64,000 nucleotides of DNA from Sedimentisphaeraceae bacterium JB056 (GCA_044440125.1 JBITAJ010000012.1:128001-192000), one strand, 5' to 3'; counted from the first letter of the stretch, positions 46,678 to 57,797 are shown. The notes: generated by a model from the sequence alone, not told the origin. Numbers and translations: made by a program.

Positions 46678-46809
46678 ATGAGTTTAGAAAGGTTTTTGAG
46701 TAGATTTGACCAGATAGCATTTCCAACGGGAGAGACAAAGCTTGAGTCTTGGGTGGATATGGGCAGAAATAGATATTGTCTCAGGTTTATTGAAATAGAA
46801 AAATTATAG
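46678..46809 (+). pseudogene. Remnant of a sulfatase 3' end
   Basis: SRFDQIAFPTGETKLESWVDMGRNRYCLRFIEIEKL* aligns without gaps to sulfatase end CRFDSIELQEGPASLEAWVDMDGKKYGFRFITIEKL*. Confidence 0.8.
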
Positions 46810-46825
46810 TTATAAGGATTATATA

Positions 46826-49483
46826 ATGAAGAGAGCGTTAATGATTTTGATGATAGGATTATGTTTTGTTGTTACATGTTTGAATGCGGCAGAAGTTAAA
46901 TATCTGGATTGTTATGAAGAAGAGGCTCGTCTTTTTGGTGTCGCTGATTTGCAGAATAATATAGATATCGATCTGGAAAAGCGGCTTCAGGCGCCTTATT
47001 ATTTTGTCGCCGGGCATAAGAGTTATAAAACACCTGGTTTCGAATATGATTATTGCGATAAGCAAAATGGTGATTTCAGTGTAACCTTTAATCCGGCGGA
47101 ATCTTCGAATTCACCCAGATTTGGCTTTATGACAAATCTTTGGGGACATTACTATCCGCTTGATGAGAATTTCAGCCTGAAGTTTTATTTGAAAACCGAG
47201 AATATTACGGATGCTCAGAATAGCTGGAAGGTTCGATTTGTTGATGCCGATGATAATACTGCGGTATCTGTTTTGAATGATACTGACACTAAAGGACAGT
47301 GGAAAGAATTCATATTGCCTCTCAATGAATTGGAAAAAGAAGGGTCTTTTGATTTTAAAGCGATAAAGTTATGCGAGTTTGAGACAGCAGAGTTTCCGAA
47401 GAATGCTTTATTGAAATTTGATTTTGTGCATTTTGCAGATAACAAGGGTGTTGTTATCGGTATTACCGACAAGACCATCGACCAGCGAATATTTGAGCAG
47501 AAGGCTACAAAGGACATTCGTATACAAAAGGCTTTCGCTGTATCGGCAAAGAAAGCTCATCAACCGGTAATAAGTGCTTTTGCGATGCTTTATCTGGGTG
47601 AGAATCTGGAGAAGGCTAATCAAATTCTGCGTGAAGATTGTTTGGGAGAGGGACAAGGTAATCCATGGGATTTATTACGTACCCCACTCTATTGCAGGTC
47701 GTATTTGCTGTTTTCGAGTCGTTGCGGTAAATTCTCCGGCCGTCTTGAGAAAGAAACCGAGAAGGTGCTTCTGGATACAATCTGGAATCGTACAAAAATC
47801 AAGAACGATATTTATTGGGCGCGTCAAAGTACATGGTATCTTGACGGCAGTGAAAATCATGACCTGAATGCAAAAGCATCTAACCTTGTTTCTTCCTTTA
47901 TCTTTATGAACGAGCCGGAGTATAAGGATCGTGTCTATCCCGATTACGGTTTTGGCGGCGGCTATCATTACGGCCATGCCGGATATTACGGCAAGGGAGT
48001 CGATATTGAATCACGACACGGCGGCGGCAGGGCAAACCTTTCAGATGGAAAAGAATATACGGCCAAAGACCATTACAAGGCGTGGCTTGGCTTTATGAAG
48101 GAATATTTCCGTGAGCGTGCTAAGTATGGATTCTTTGTGGAAAATTCCTCATGTATTTACAGCAAGCATACAATGAATATGATTGATCTGGTTTATGCAT
48201 ATTCGGGTGATGATGAGTTGAGAAGCATTGTTGATGATTTTATGACACTCTATTGGGCGGATTGGGTTCAGACCGGTATTGCCGGCATATCGGGTGGTCC
48301 AAAGACAAGGCATCACAAAAGTGTTGGCAGTTATGGGGCTAATAAGGGGATGGTCGGTTTTTATCTTGGCGGACCGGCTGATGGCGGCATATGGGGCTAT
48401 TGGAATAATATCAACGGTTATGAAATGCCCGAAGTGGTTCAGATGATGGCACTCGATAGAGAGGGTATGGGGAGATTTGTTTACCGCAGCCGGGGGATTG
48501 GCGAAGCGCAGCCAAATCAGCCGCGACCTATGGGTACAGAGCGAACACTTGTGATTAAGCCGGAATCGAAATTTCTTAAATATTCTTATGTAACACCTCT
48601 ATATACTTTGTCAACACAAATGGATCATCCGTGGGCTGTTCATTCTCATTTGAGTAAGGCGGCTCGCTGGCATGGAATGACTGTAACCGAGGATGCAAAT
48701 GCCAGAGTCGTACCTGTTGTATTACCGATTGAACCTGATTTTAATGGTAAAACAAAACTTTACGGCATGGACGGAATGTATAAAACTGTGCAGGATAAGA
48801 ATACTCTTATAGTTCAGAGAAGCCGGTCGTTTTCGGAGGTTAATCCCGATTGGTATCCGCTTTATAAGCAGCGTACAGATCAGGGTATTTATGTAGGCAG
48901 TGCATGGGATGAAAAAGAAGAAAATGGCGGCTGGATATTCCTGCGAAAGGGAGATGTGTATGCTGCAGTACGGGTTGTGCTTCGTGATGCGGATTATGAA
49001 GAAAAGAAAAAGCTTAAAACCACCGGTACTCAGGTAACTTTCCATCACCCTGAAGATGATGCAAAGGTGAAGCTCTCTGATAAGGCTTACAGTTGGAGTG
49101 ATAATCAGGAGATTATTGTACTCAATGATCGTTATTCTCCGGTTATTATTCAGGCTGGGGACCAGGATCACTATGGAAGTTTTGAAACATTTATGACAGA
49201 TATTCAAAATGCTCCTATCGCGTTGTATAAAACTGTTGTGCCGACATTCAATATCCTTGCATTCACTTCACCGGAAGAAGGTGCTCCGGAGATGGTATTC
49301 AATGCGGCAAACAATGAAATACCTATGCTTGACGGTGAGTATATCAGCTATGAGCTGCCCAAGACTTTTGACAGCCCATATATTCAGTCAGAGTTTAGGA
49401 GCGGGAAGATTGATATTGAATATGACGGTGAAAAACTTAATCTTGATTTTTCTGACGGTCCGTGGTGGGCTTTCTGGAAATGA
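46826..49483 (+). CDS. SENH-family paralog 4 (QMDHP subgroup) with N-terminal beta-sandwich/CBM-like domain
   Basis: DGSENH; RAKYGFFVENSSCIY; QMDHPWAVHSHLS; N-domain GQWKEFILPL. Confidence 0.7.
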   Translation: MKRALMILMIGLCFVVTCLNAAEVKYLDCYEEEARLFGVADLQNNIDIDLEKRLQAPYYFVAGHKSYKTPGFEYDYCDKQNGDFSVTFNPAESSNSPRFGFMTNLWGHYYPLDENFSLKFYLKTENITDAQNSWKVRFVDADDNTAVSVLNDTDTKGQWKEFILPLNELEKEGSFDFKAIKLCEFETAEFPKNALLKFDFVHFADNKGVVIGITDKTIDQRIFEQKATKDIRIQKAFAVSAKKAHQPVISAFAMLYLGENLEKANQILREDCLGEGQGNPWDLLRTPLYCRSYLLFSSRCGKFSGRLEKETEKVLLDTIWNRTKIKNDIYWARQSTWYLDGSENHDLNAKASNLVSSFIFMNEPEYKDRVYPDYGFGGGYHYGHAGYYGKGVDIESRHGGGRANLSDGKEYTAKDHYKAWLGFMKEYFRERAKYGFFVENSSCIYSKHTMNMIDLVYAYSGDDELRSIVDDFMTLYWADWVQTGIAGISGGPKTRHHKSVGSYGANKGMVGFYLGGPADGGIWGYWNNINGYEMPEVVQMMALDREGMGRFVYRSRGIGEAQPNQPRPMGTERTLVIKPESKFLKYSYVTPLYTLSTQMDHPWAVHSHLSKAARWHGMTVTEDANARVVPVVLPIEPDFNGKTKLYGMDGMYKTVQDKNTLIVQRSRSFSEVNPDWYPLYKQRTDQGIYVGSAWDEKEENGGWIFLRKGDVYAAVRVVLRDADYEEKKKLKTTGTQVTFHHPEDDAKVKLSDKAYSWSDNQEIIVLNDRYSPVIIQAGDQDHYGSFETFMTDIQNAPIALYKTVVPTFNILAFTSPEEGAPEMVFNAANNEIPMLDGEYISYELPKTFDSPYIQSEFRSGKIDIEYDGEKLNLDFSDGPWWAFWK

Positions 49484-49530
49484 AAATATTAAATAAGTTA
49501 ATTGGAATTATATTTATTCGGAGTTATGGA

Positions 49531-52137
49531 ATGAAACTTACATCGATTATGATTTTATTGGCAATTTTGGTTATTACCCAATTGGGATTTTCTGCAGAGC
49601 GTGTAGACTTTTGGGCAGAGGAATTGGCAATGTTCGGCTCTGCGCCGCAAGGTCAGCTTATTACCTCAAAACTTGGGGGCAATATTATCGATAAGAAAGC
49701 CAATAAAGCGATTGCCATAGACACTACTGATAAACGCAATGGTGATTTCAGTATGTGTTTCAATGCTTTCATGGCTGCCGGTCATAATCAGGTTGGTTTT
49801 TATTGCGGAAAATATCAGGATAATTGGCCAATCAACAACAGTTGGTCGCTCCATCTGTTCCTTAAGGCAGAAATGAAGAAGACAGAATTTAATCCTTTTC
49901 TGGTTTTGATAGATTCGACAGGTAGAAAGGCGAGATTGATACTTAATGACTTTGCAGCAGATGGAAAGTGGCATGAGCTTACTGTTGCTTTCAGAGACTT
50001 TATAGGCGAAAGAGGTTTTGACTCATCAAAGATCAAGATGATTGTTTTACAGGATGAGTTTACCAAAGATGTTAAAGTGTGGTTCGATGATGTTTATTTT
50101 GTTAGTTCGGCGGGTGAAATTCTTGGCGTAACAGATAAAAGCATTGAGCAGAGAATGTCTGAGGCCGAAGCTAATCGTCAGAAACGAATTCAGGAAGCTT
50201 ATGAGTATGGTGCTGTAAAGGGCGTGAAGATGTGGTACGTTCAGTTTTTTGCACAGCTTTATCTCGGTGAGAATCTTGACTCAATCAACAAGGAATTGCT
50301 GGAAGTACTTTCTTCAGAAGAACCGGAAGTCCGCAGAGCTTATGGACATGATAACTTTTGGGATTTGGCTGTCAATAACACATTGATCAAGATTTATTAT
50401 GCTTTTGGTGACAAGGGCATTGTTTTTCCCGGCAGATTGTATCCGAAAACTCAAAATGCACTTCTGGAGCTTCTTTGGTATCGTACTGCAGATAAGAATG
50501 ATATTGCCGTGGCTCGCCAGAGTACATGGTGGATGGCAGGCAGCGAGAATCATGATCTGAGTTTTAAGATGAGCTGTTATCTCACTTCTCAGATATTCAA
50601 GAACGAGCCGGAATTTGCCAATCGAATTTATCCCGACGCAGGGCATGGCGCAGGCAGCGGTTACTGGTTTCATAGAATTGACGGAAAGGCTTTTCATGGA
50701 TATGATGCAAGGGCCGACCTTGCAGACGGAAAAGAATATAATGCCCAAGACCACTACAATGAGTGGGTAAGATTCTTTATTGAATATTTCAGTGAACGTG
50801 CCAAACGCGGATTCTTTCTTGAGACACACTCGCCTACTTATATGAAATACACAGGATCTTTTATTTTCAGTATATATAATTTTTCGGAAGATAAAATCCT
50901 CAAGCAGCAGGCTCATAAGTTTCTTGATCTGATGATGGCAAACTGGGCACAGGATCAGTTCAATGGAGCCAGAGGCGGAGCAAAAACCCGCGTTAAGGCA
51001 AGTCATTATGCTACCAATGGTACAAGTGATTCTTTTTATGCGTTATCTGAATTTCTGCTTGGCGGCGATGGGAAAGGCATGGCAAGTGCGGCATTCAGCT
51101 TTGTTCCTTTAAGTGATTACAGGCTGCCTAAGGCAATTTGGAAGATGGCACTCGACCGTGAGTCGCTGGGCTGCTTTGCTTACATTTCACGCAAGCCCGG
51201 TGAAGAAGAAAATGTCTGGCCAAGGCCGCTTGGGCTGGAGCGTTCACTGATGTGTGATACCCATTCAAGACTTCTGCGATATAGTTGGATAACGCCGGAT
51301 TATATTATGGGTACCCAGATGGATCATCCCGGTGCGGTTCACAGTCATTTGTCCTGTCAGGCAAGATGGGAGGGTATAAGCTTCTCGACAAATCCGAATA
51401 TTAAGATATTCCCGCGTGGTATTGAAGAGCAGCCGGGTGGAAAATGGAAAATGACTACCCGTTTTTACAGAAGCGTTCAGGATAAGAGGGTTTTGATAAC
51501 TCAGCAGAACAGAAGCTGGTTTGTTATGCATCCAGATTGGTTCCCGGGTAAGAGTATGGACAGTGAGCCTTTTGGTGTGCATATTGGTAAAGGACATGAT
51601 AAGCTCATCGAAAAAGACGGCTGGATATTCATTCAGCAGGGCAATGCTTATGTCGCTATAAGAGTTATTCTTGATAAGAAGGTTGACCTGCAGAATGAGC
51701 AAGATGTTGAGTGGTATAAAAAAACTGAGGCTTTGGTTGCAGAGCTTGATGATGATTCTTATCACTGGAATAAAGATCATACAATAATTATGTTTACCGA
51801 CAGGTTCAGCCCCGTTATATTTGAGACCGCCCGCAAGGCTGATTATCCAACGCTCGAAGATTTCCAGGCTGACATTCTCGATAATCCGATCAAGCTTCAA
51901 AATACTGTAGTGCCGGAGTGGTACACTCTTACCTATACCGGCTGCGGCGACGGTGCAAAAGAGATATATTTCAATGCGGCCAATTCGGAAATACCTATGG
52001 TTGGCGGCGAGCGAATTGATTACTCATATCCAATGACATTTGACAGCCCGTATTTGAAATCGAAATACAACAGCGGAAAGGTCTTTATTAATTGCGGCGA
52101 TGATTCACTTGAACTTGATTTTAACTGTAAACCATAG
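49531..52137 (+). CDS. SENH-family paralog 5 (QMDHP subgroup) with N-terminal CBM-like domain
   Basis: AGSENH; RAKRGFFLETHSPTY; QMDHPGAVHSHLS; N-domain DGKWHELTVAF...VWFDDVYF. Confidence 0.7.
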   Translation: MKLTSIMILLAILVITQLGFSAERVDFWAEELAMFGSAPQGQLITSKLGGNIIDKKANKAIAIDTTDKRNGDFSMCFNAFMAAGHNQVGFYCGKYQDNWPINNSWSLHLFLKAEMKKTEFNPFLVLIDSTGRKARLILNDFAADGKWHELTVAFRDFIGERGFDSSKIKMIVLQDEFTKDVKVWFDDVYFVSSAGEILGVTDKSIEQRMSEAEANRQKRIQEAYEYGAVKGVKMWYVQFFAQLYLGENLDSINKELLEVLSSEEPEVRRAYGHDNFWDLAVNNTLIKIYYAFGDKGIVFPGRLYPKTQNALLELLWYRTADKNDIAVARQSTWWMAGSENHDLSFKMSCYLTSQIFKNEPEFANRIYPDAGHGAGSGYWFHRIDGKAFHGYDARADLADGKEYNAQDHYNEWVRFFIEYFSERAKRGFFLETHSPTYMKYTGSFIFSIYNFSEDKILKQQAHKFLDLMMANWAQDQFNGARGGAKTRVKASHYATNGTSDSFYALSEFLLGGDGKGMASAAFSFVPLSDYRLPKAIWKMALDRESLGCFAYISRKPGEEENVWPRPLGLERSLMCDTHSRLLRYSWITPDYIMGTQMDHPGAVHSHLSCQARWEGISFSTNPNIKIFPRGIEEQPGGKWKMTTRFYRSVQDKRVLITQQNRSWFVMHPDWFPGKSMDSEPFGVHIGKGHDKLIEKDGWIFIQQGNAYVAIRVILDKKVDLQNEQDVEWYKKTEALVAELDDDSYHWNKDHTIIMFTDRFSPVIFETARKADYPTLEDFQADILDNPIKLQNTVVPEWYTLTYTGCGDGAKEIYFNAANSEIPMVGGERIDYSYPMTFDSPYLKSKYNSGKVFINCGDDSLELDFNCKP

Positions 52138-52237
52138 CCTTGGAAGGATATATGTGATCAAAAAATCATAAGAAATTATTATAGTAAAAGAAAATCACGG
52201 TGAAATTGAATATGCTTTTATTAAGAGGTAAATAAAA

Positions 52238-54106
52238 TTGAAAAAAACAGCCTTATTAATGGTAGTAATAACCGCGATTATTGGCTTTAATGCCTTTGCC
52301 GCAAATGTTGAAGTCGGTGATTCGTTAGAGCAGAAAGCCGCTCGGGCGATTGCTGAGACCGAAATGCGTCAAGAGTCCATTATGCGTCAGCAACTTCGCA
52401 AGCCTTTCCCTAAAACTGGCTTGTGGAAATACGAATGGCAGGCTATGGCAAATTATCATTTCAACGAAGACACAGCCAAGGCAGATGCAGAGCTTCTTCA
52501 GCAGGCTGAAGAAACACGAGGCAAGATCGGTCCGGGCTTCCACTGGCATGCTTATTTGCTTTCTCGCATATACATGTTGTATTCTTCAAATAGTGAGTAT
52601 TATCCGGGAAGGATGAGCAAAGCCGCCCAGGAAGCTGTTTTGTCTATGATATATGAATGGACACAGAGCAAGCACGAAGAAGTTTCTAAACAAATGACTG
52701 ACCCGCAATGGATATGGCGTTACTGGGGCAGCGAAAATCATCATTTACAGTTTTATGTGAGTGCGTGGAGTGCTGTTCATGTTCTAAAGGATGCACCTGG
52801 TTATGAAGACAAAACGACTACTGACGGGGTCTCATGGCAGGAAATGGCTGGTCTGCTTGATGAATATTTCAAGAATTTTCTAAGCCAGCGTGCCATGAAA
52901 GGTCTGTTTCTGGAAGTTGAGTCTCCCGGTTATGAAAAATATTCACTCAACACTATATTCAATCTTTATGATTTTGCCGATGATCCTGAACTCAAGGAGC
53001 TTACTGATAAATTTTTGAATTTGTACTATGCTGATTGGGCCGTGGAACAGTTAAATGGTATGTATGGCGGCTCATGTCATCGTGCTTACAGCAGTCTGGA
53101 AAAGACCGAAAGCTTTGGGTATATCTCATTTGGCCTGGGAAAAATGGATGTGCATCCGGGACGCATGTCGCCGGCGACAACCTCCTGGCGACCGAATCCT
53201 TTGGTCGCACAGCTTGCTTTGGCACAGGCCGATCGCGGTATCTATGAATCAATCTCCAGACGCCCCGGAAAAGTTGACAAAGCAGGTCAGGAAAACGCGG
53301 TAGATCCCGATGGTGGAGATTTGCTAAAGTACACTTATATGACACCTGATTTCATGATGGGTATTAGTATGAATTCAGCAGAAGCGGCTTTTGTCGGGGT
53401 TAGCGCCCAGAACCGCAGAAATTACATCACTTTGTTCGATTCAGCAGGACCAAAGACAATTTCCACCATGCGTCCACAGCCCAGTCGTGGAAGTGTTTAC
53501 AATACAGAGTGGGGAGTACAGGACAAAGGTGTGATGATATTGCAGGCACGCAAACATGCCAAAGGTCAGAAAATATATTTTCCCAATGCACTAAAACGTT
53601 CTCAGCTAAGAGGCTGGATATTTATTGAAACTTCTCAGGCTTATGGAGCGATCAAGGTTGTAGATGGAAAAGTTAAAATACGTAAACCTCAACTTGAAGA
53701 TTTTCGTGATAGAAAGGGTGATGTAAATGCCGGTATATTTATTGTACTTGAGAAATTTGAGTCTCCTATAATCTTCGAAGTTGTTGCTAAAGATAAATAT
53801 AAATCAATGAATGATTTCAAAAAGCAGATTTTGAGTAATTATCTTAGATTTAAAGATAACGAGCTTAATTATGAAAGCGCTGCTTATAAAAATAAGCTGA
53901 CTTTGTTTGCCGATTATTCAAGACCGCCAATGCTCAATGGTAAAGCAATTGATTTGAACCCGGATTTTGTCTACAAATCTCCATTTATCAATGCCAAATT
54001 TGGAGAAGGCAAAGTAAGCATCAAGTACGGTGAAAATGAATTGTCTCTGGATTTTCAAATAGAAAAATCTCAGAAGATAATTGATGATTTTATGAAAGAA
54101 CGATAG
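52238..54106 (+). CDS. SENH-family paralog 6
   Basis: TTG start with RBS GAGG; signal peptide; WGSENH; RAMKGLFLEVESPGY; YDFADD. Confidence 0.7.
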   Translation: MKKTALLMVVITAIIGFNAFAANVEVGDSLEQKAARAIAETEMRQESIMRQQLRKPFPKTGLWKYEWQAMANYHFNEDTAKADAELLQQAEETRGKIGPGFHWHAYLLSRIYMLYSSNSEYYPGRMSKAAQEAVLSMIYEWTQSKHEEVSKQMTDPQWIWRYWGSENHHLQFYVSAWSAVHVLKDAPGYEDKTTTDGVSWQEMAGLLDEYFKNFLSQRAMKGLFLEVESPGYEKYSLNTIFNLYDFADDPELKELTDKFLNLYYADWAVEQLNGMYGGSCHRAYSSLEKTESFGYISFGLGKMDVHPGRMSPATTSWRPNPLVAQLALAQADRGIYESISRRPGKVDKAGQENAVDPDGGDLLKYTYMTPDFMMGISMNSAEAAFVGVSAQNRRNYITLFDSAGPKTISTMRPQPSRGSVYNTEWGVQDKGVMILQARKHAKGQKIYFPNALKRSQLRGWIFIETSQAYGAIKVVDGKVKIRKPQLEDFRDRKGDVNAGIFIVLEKFESPIIFEVVAKDKYKSMNDFKKQILSNYLRFKDNELNYESAAYKNKLTLFADYSRPPMLNGKAIDLNPDFVYKSPFINAKFGEGKVSIKYGENELSLDFQIEKSQKIIDDFMKER

Positions 54107-54109
54107 GAA

Positions 54110-55924
54110 ATGAACACAAAGATAAAAAGACTTTTTTCTTTTGGATGTCCTTCTTTAGAGGCATTTGAAAAGAATGCGCGGCGAGCAAAGGAGCTTGGTG
54201 CGACACATATTCTGATTACAGAGAATCTTCCGCCGTCTATGTGGCAGTACGAAGAGACCGGCGATCCTTATACCGCGTGGTTTGTCAATAATCCGGGGCT
54301 GCTGAAAATATTTCCGCCGCAGATTTTGAAGCCTTTTGTCAATGTTGAATATGCCGACAGAGTTGCCGGTATGCTTAAAGAGCGGTGTGAGGTGTTGCGT
54401 AAGCTGGGACTTAAAGGGCACTGGTTCTCAAATGAGCCTCAAGTTTTACCGGAAAGTTTTTTTGTTGAGTATCCGCACCTGCGAGGACCGAGAGTAGATC
54501 AGTCCAATCGTGCACGAATGGCTCATTTTGCACCTTGTGCAGGTCAAAAGCAGGTGCTTGATATGTATAATGAATCTGTGAAGCTGCTTTTGAAGCAATG
54601 TCCTGAGATAGAGATATTTTATTTTCTTACTACAGACTCTGGTTCTGGGTTCTGTTGGGCGCCTGCTCTGTATCCGGGCAAAAACGGCAGGACCGAATGT
54701 AAATCTATACCGATTGAAGAACGGGTGGCCGGTTTCCTTTTGAATATGCGAAATGCTGCTCAGCAGGTTGATAAGTATATTGAAGTTGATATTGTTGAAG
54801 TTGCCGCCCGATCATGGATGCTTCCTACATTCGAGAACCCGATGGCTATAGTAAAAAGATTGCCTGAAGGGTTAGCGGTTAATCATCTTGAAGGGCCTGA
54901 TGGAAAGCGTTTTATAAGTAAGGACCGCGAACCCGTATGGTGGAATGTTTTCAGTCCTGTAGTGGGAATAGCGAGGCCGTTTGATTTCATACGAAAGTGT
55001 GTTGAGGAGAGGAAAAATGAATCTCAGCGATGTGTGCATACTATAAATGATATTGAAAACACTGATTTCTGTTTTGATTTGCTTGAGGCATACTTCAGGA
55101 AACAGCCTGAAACTGATTTCGAGATCATGACTTTGCTGCGTCAAGCTGCGGCAGATATTGGCGGCGAAGGCCAGGCTGATAAGATTCTTTCTTTGTGGAT
55201 GGCCATAGACGATATCGAGAAATATCTGGGTACGCTTGATTTCGGTCATCTGTTTATAATGACCACTCTGCTGACTCGCTGGCTTACAAGGCCGCTTATT
55301 CCATTTCCCGAGGAGCTGCCTGAAGAGCAGAAGCAGTATTATAGTAAATATATACTTCAGGCTAAGGCGCAAGAGCAGGCTGATAATCTCCTTGATATTC
55401 AGGCGATGGATATGTTCAAGGGTTGGGGGGCAATGCTGATAGTTCAAAATGTTCTGGAAAAGGTTGAGGCGAAGATAAAGTCGGCACAGACTATTTCGTG
55501 TGAACTTGCCGAGAAATCTGATTCGAATTCAGAACAATGGAAGTTGTTGAATCTAAAGCTTGATGTATTGACTTGCCTTGTAAGGAATGTGAATAATGTT
55601 GTGAGGTATCAGGCTCATCTTGACAGAGTAAAGCCTGCTGTTGAGGAAAATCCGGTCGATCAAAATCCACCCCTTGGTACGCAAGGCAGTTGGGATTATG
55701 AGGATATGACGAATATCGCCCGTTCTGAAATAGATAATGTGATACATCTCAAATCTTTGCTTGAAAGTACGGATCAGCCTCTGATAGATTTTGCTGAAAT
55801 TCCAGAAAATGAGAATGTTCTTCGTTTCGGGCCTGAGCTGAAGTCGCACTTAAAGCTTAAGGTTGATATTATGAACGAGCATTGGCAGGATTATAAGCGT
55901 CTATTCGTAACTCCGAATCCATGA
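54110..55924 (+). CDS. Hypothetical protein, family B paralog 2, no signal peptide
   Basis: AKELGATH, GDPYTAW, NEPQ, RGPRVD, TTDSGSGFCWAPALYPG, C-terminal PNP. Confidence 0.65.
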   Translation: MNTKIKRLFSFGCPSLEAFEKNARRAKELGATHILITENLPPSMWQYEETGDPYTAWFVNNPGLLKIFPPQILKPFVNVEYADRVAGMLKERCEVLRKLGLKGHWFSNEPQVLPESFFVEYPHLRGPRVDQSNRARMAHFAPCAGQKQVLDMYNESVKLLLKQCPEIEIFYFLTTDSGSGFCWAPALYPGKNGRTECKSIPIEERVAGFLLNMRNAAQQVDKYIEVDIVEVAARSWMLPTFENPMAIVKRLPEGLAVNHLEGPDGKRFISKDREPVWWNVFSPVVGIARPFDFIRKCVEERKNESQRCVHTINDIENTDFCFDLLEAYFRKQPETDFEIMTLLRQAAADIGGEGQADKILSLWMAIDDIEKYLGTLDFGHLFIMTTLLTRWLTRPLIPFPEELPEEQKQYYSKYILQAKAQEQADNLLDIQAMDMFKGWGAMLIVQNVLEKVEAKIKSAQTISCELAEKSDSNSEQWKLLNLKLDVLTCLVRNVNNVVRYQAHLDRVKPAVEENPVDQNPPLGTQGSWDYEDMTNIARSEIDNVIHLKSLLESTDQPLIDFAEIPENENVLRFGPELKSHLKLKVDIMNEHWQDYKRLFVTPNP

Positions 55925-55958
55925 TTTTTATAATATGATTTAATGATAAAGCTATATT

Positions 55959-57797
55959 ATGATTAAGAAAATACTAAATTCTATTCTGTTCGTGTATCTT
56001 AGTTTGGTTTGCGTTCAATCATTGAAGGCAGATTATCAAGAGCAGTGTGATATGTTTTTTCAGCTTCAAAAAGGTAAGCCTTTTGCGGCAGGAAAAATTC
56101 TTTATGATTGGCGCGATCGCGGAGATTTTACCAGACATTACGGCCAGAGCGTTGTCGTGTTTGCCATGAAGTCGTTCTATCTCGATCAGGATATTGAGCA
56201 GGCGAACAATGAGCTTGTCAAACTCTGCAATTATCATATTGAGCGTCCGCAAACATTTTACGAGATACACAGCTTCCCATCTTTCAGTCAGGCTTTGATA
56301 AGACTGTGCAAACTCTATGGACCCGGCGGAAGCGGGCAGATGTCAGATGAGGCTTATGAGATAATACAGCAGACAATGTGGCTTTGGCTTAACGAAAAAT
56401 CGGATATATCCGAGGCTGAATATGAAAAGTCAAAGACTCTTGTTGTGCGCGATTCGGAAAACCATCACGCTCAGCATTTTTCAACGTGCTGGGGATTTGC
56501 GATGGTTCTCAAGGATAGCGATGAATATAAGAGTCGTAAGCTTAAGGATGGTCTTACGGTTTCGCAGCATTTTGAGAAGTGGAGTGCGTATATAAGCGAA
56601 TATCTGCTGCAGCGAGGCCGCAAGGGTATGCTTGTCGAGATCGCCAGTCCTTCCTATGCAGCGGCAACATTAAAAGCAGTGTATTATGTTTATGATTTTG
56701 CCGAAGAGCCTGTCCTCAAACGAAGAGCAAGTAATTATCTTTCGCTTTACTGGGCTCTCTGGGCACAGGAACAGCTTGACGGTGTTCGCGGTGGTGGAAA
56801 GACAAGAAGTTATGCTAAGTCATCTTTCCGCGGCGAAGATTTCATAAGACGAGCGGCATGGTTTTATTTCGGTATAGGCGATAAGCCTTTCATTCACTCT
56901 ACGATGCTTTGTTTTGCAACGAGTTCATGGGTTATGCCGCAGATTATAGTTGATATTGCCATGGGTTCGAAAGATTACGGCAGTTATGAGATAATTCAAC
57001 GACGTATGGGGCTTGTCGAGAAAGGTTTCAACGAACCGCCTTTATACAAGCTTAGAGGTGATAACGGTGGAATACTCAGGTACAGCTATGTTACCTCTGA
57101 TTACATTCTTGGGTCTCTTATGACAGATGCTTTGCCTAATGAGAGCTGGGCCGCTATAAGCAGTCAGAACCGCTGGCAGGGCGTAATATTTGCTTCTGAT
57201 GTTGATGCGAGAATCTATCCTCATTGTAAAGTTCTTGGTGACAGCAGCTACAATCAATACTGGTCGGTTCAAAGTAAAGGCACGCTTATTACCCAAAAAC
57301 TTGAAACGAGCAAGCATACCGGCGATATGATGGTATGGTTCTCTTCTGCAGGGATCAATGAACCCGTTTATAAAGGTGGCTGGATATTCGCAGATGCAGG
57401 AAAAAGCTGGGCAGGCGTGAAAGTAATTGACGGCAAGTTTTCATGGAGGAAACAGGACAAACCCGTTGAAGGACGTTGGCTGATATTGGAAAACGAATAT
57501 TCGCCTATTATTATGGAGACTGCCGGAAAAGAAAAATTTGACAGCTTTACGGATTTTATTAATGCTGTGATCAGGTCTGGTATTAAGTATAAAGATGACG
57601 TGCTTGTATATGAAAGTATTTACGGTGATGAACTGACTTTCTACAGTGATTATTCATCACGGCCAAAGATCAATGATATTGAGGTGAATTATACTCCAAA
57701 ATTTGTATACGACAGTCCTTTTGTGAAGTCTGTTTATGACAGCGGTGTTGTTGTTATTAAAAACAGTGGTGAATCTGTGGTTCTTGATTTTAATTGA
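55959..57797 (+). CDS. SENH-family paralog 7
   Basis: RDSENH; RGRKGMLVEIASPSY; GVRGGGKTR; SSQNRWQG. Confidence 0.7.
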   Translation: MIKKILNSILFVYLSLVCVQSLKADYQEQCDMFFQLQKGKPFAAGKILYDWRDRGDFTRHYGQSVVVFAMKSFYLDQDIEQANNELVKLCNYHIERPQTFYEIHSFPSFSQALIRLCKLYGPGGSGQMSDEAYEIIQQTMWLWLNEKSDISEAEYEKSKTLVVRDSENHHAQHFSTCWGFAMVLKDSDEYKSRKLKDGLTVSQHFEKWSAYISEYLLQRGRKGMLVEIASPSYAAATLKAVYYVYDFAEEPVLKRRASNYLSLYWALWAQEQLDGVRGGGKTRSYAKSSFRGEDFIRRAAWFYFGIGDKPFIHSTMLCFATSSWVMPQIIVDIAMGSKDYGSYEIIQRRMGLVEKGFNEPPLYKLRGDNGGILRYSYVTSDYILGSLMTDALPNESWAAISSQNRWQGVIFASDVDARIYPHCKVLGDSSYNQYWSVQSKGTLITQKLETSKHTGDMMVWFSSAGINEPVYKGGWIFADAGKSWAGVKVIDGKFSWRKQDKPVEGRWLILENEYSPIIMETAGKEKFDSFTDFINAVIRSGIKYKDDVLVYESIYGDELTFYSDYSSRPKINDIEVNYTPKFVYDSPFVKSVYDSGVVVIKNSGESVVLDFN

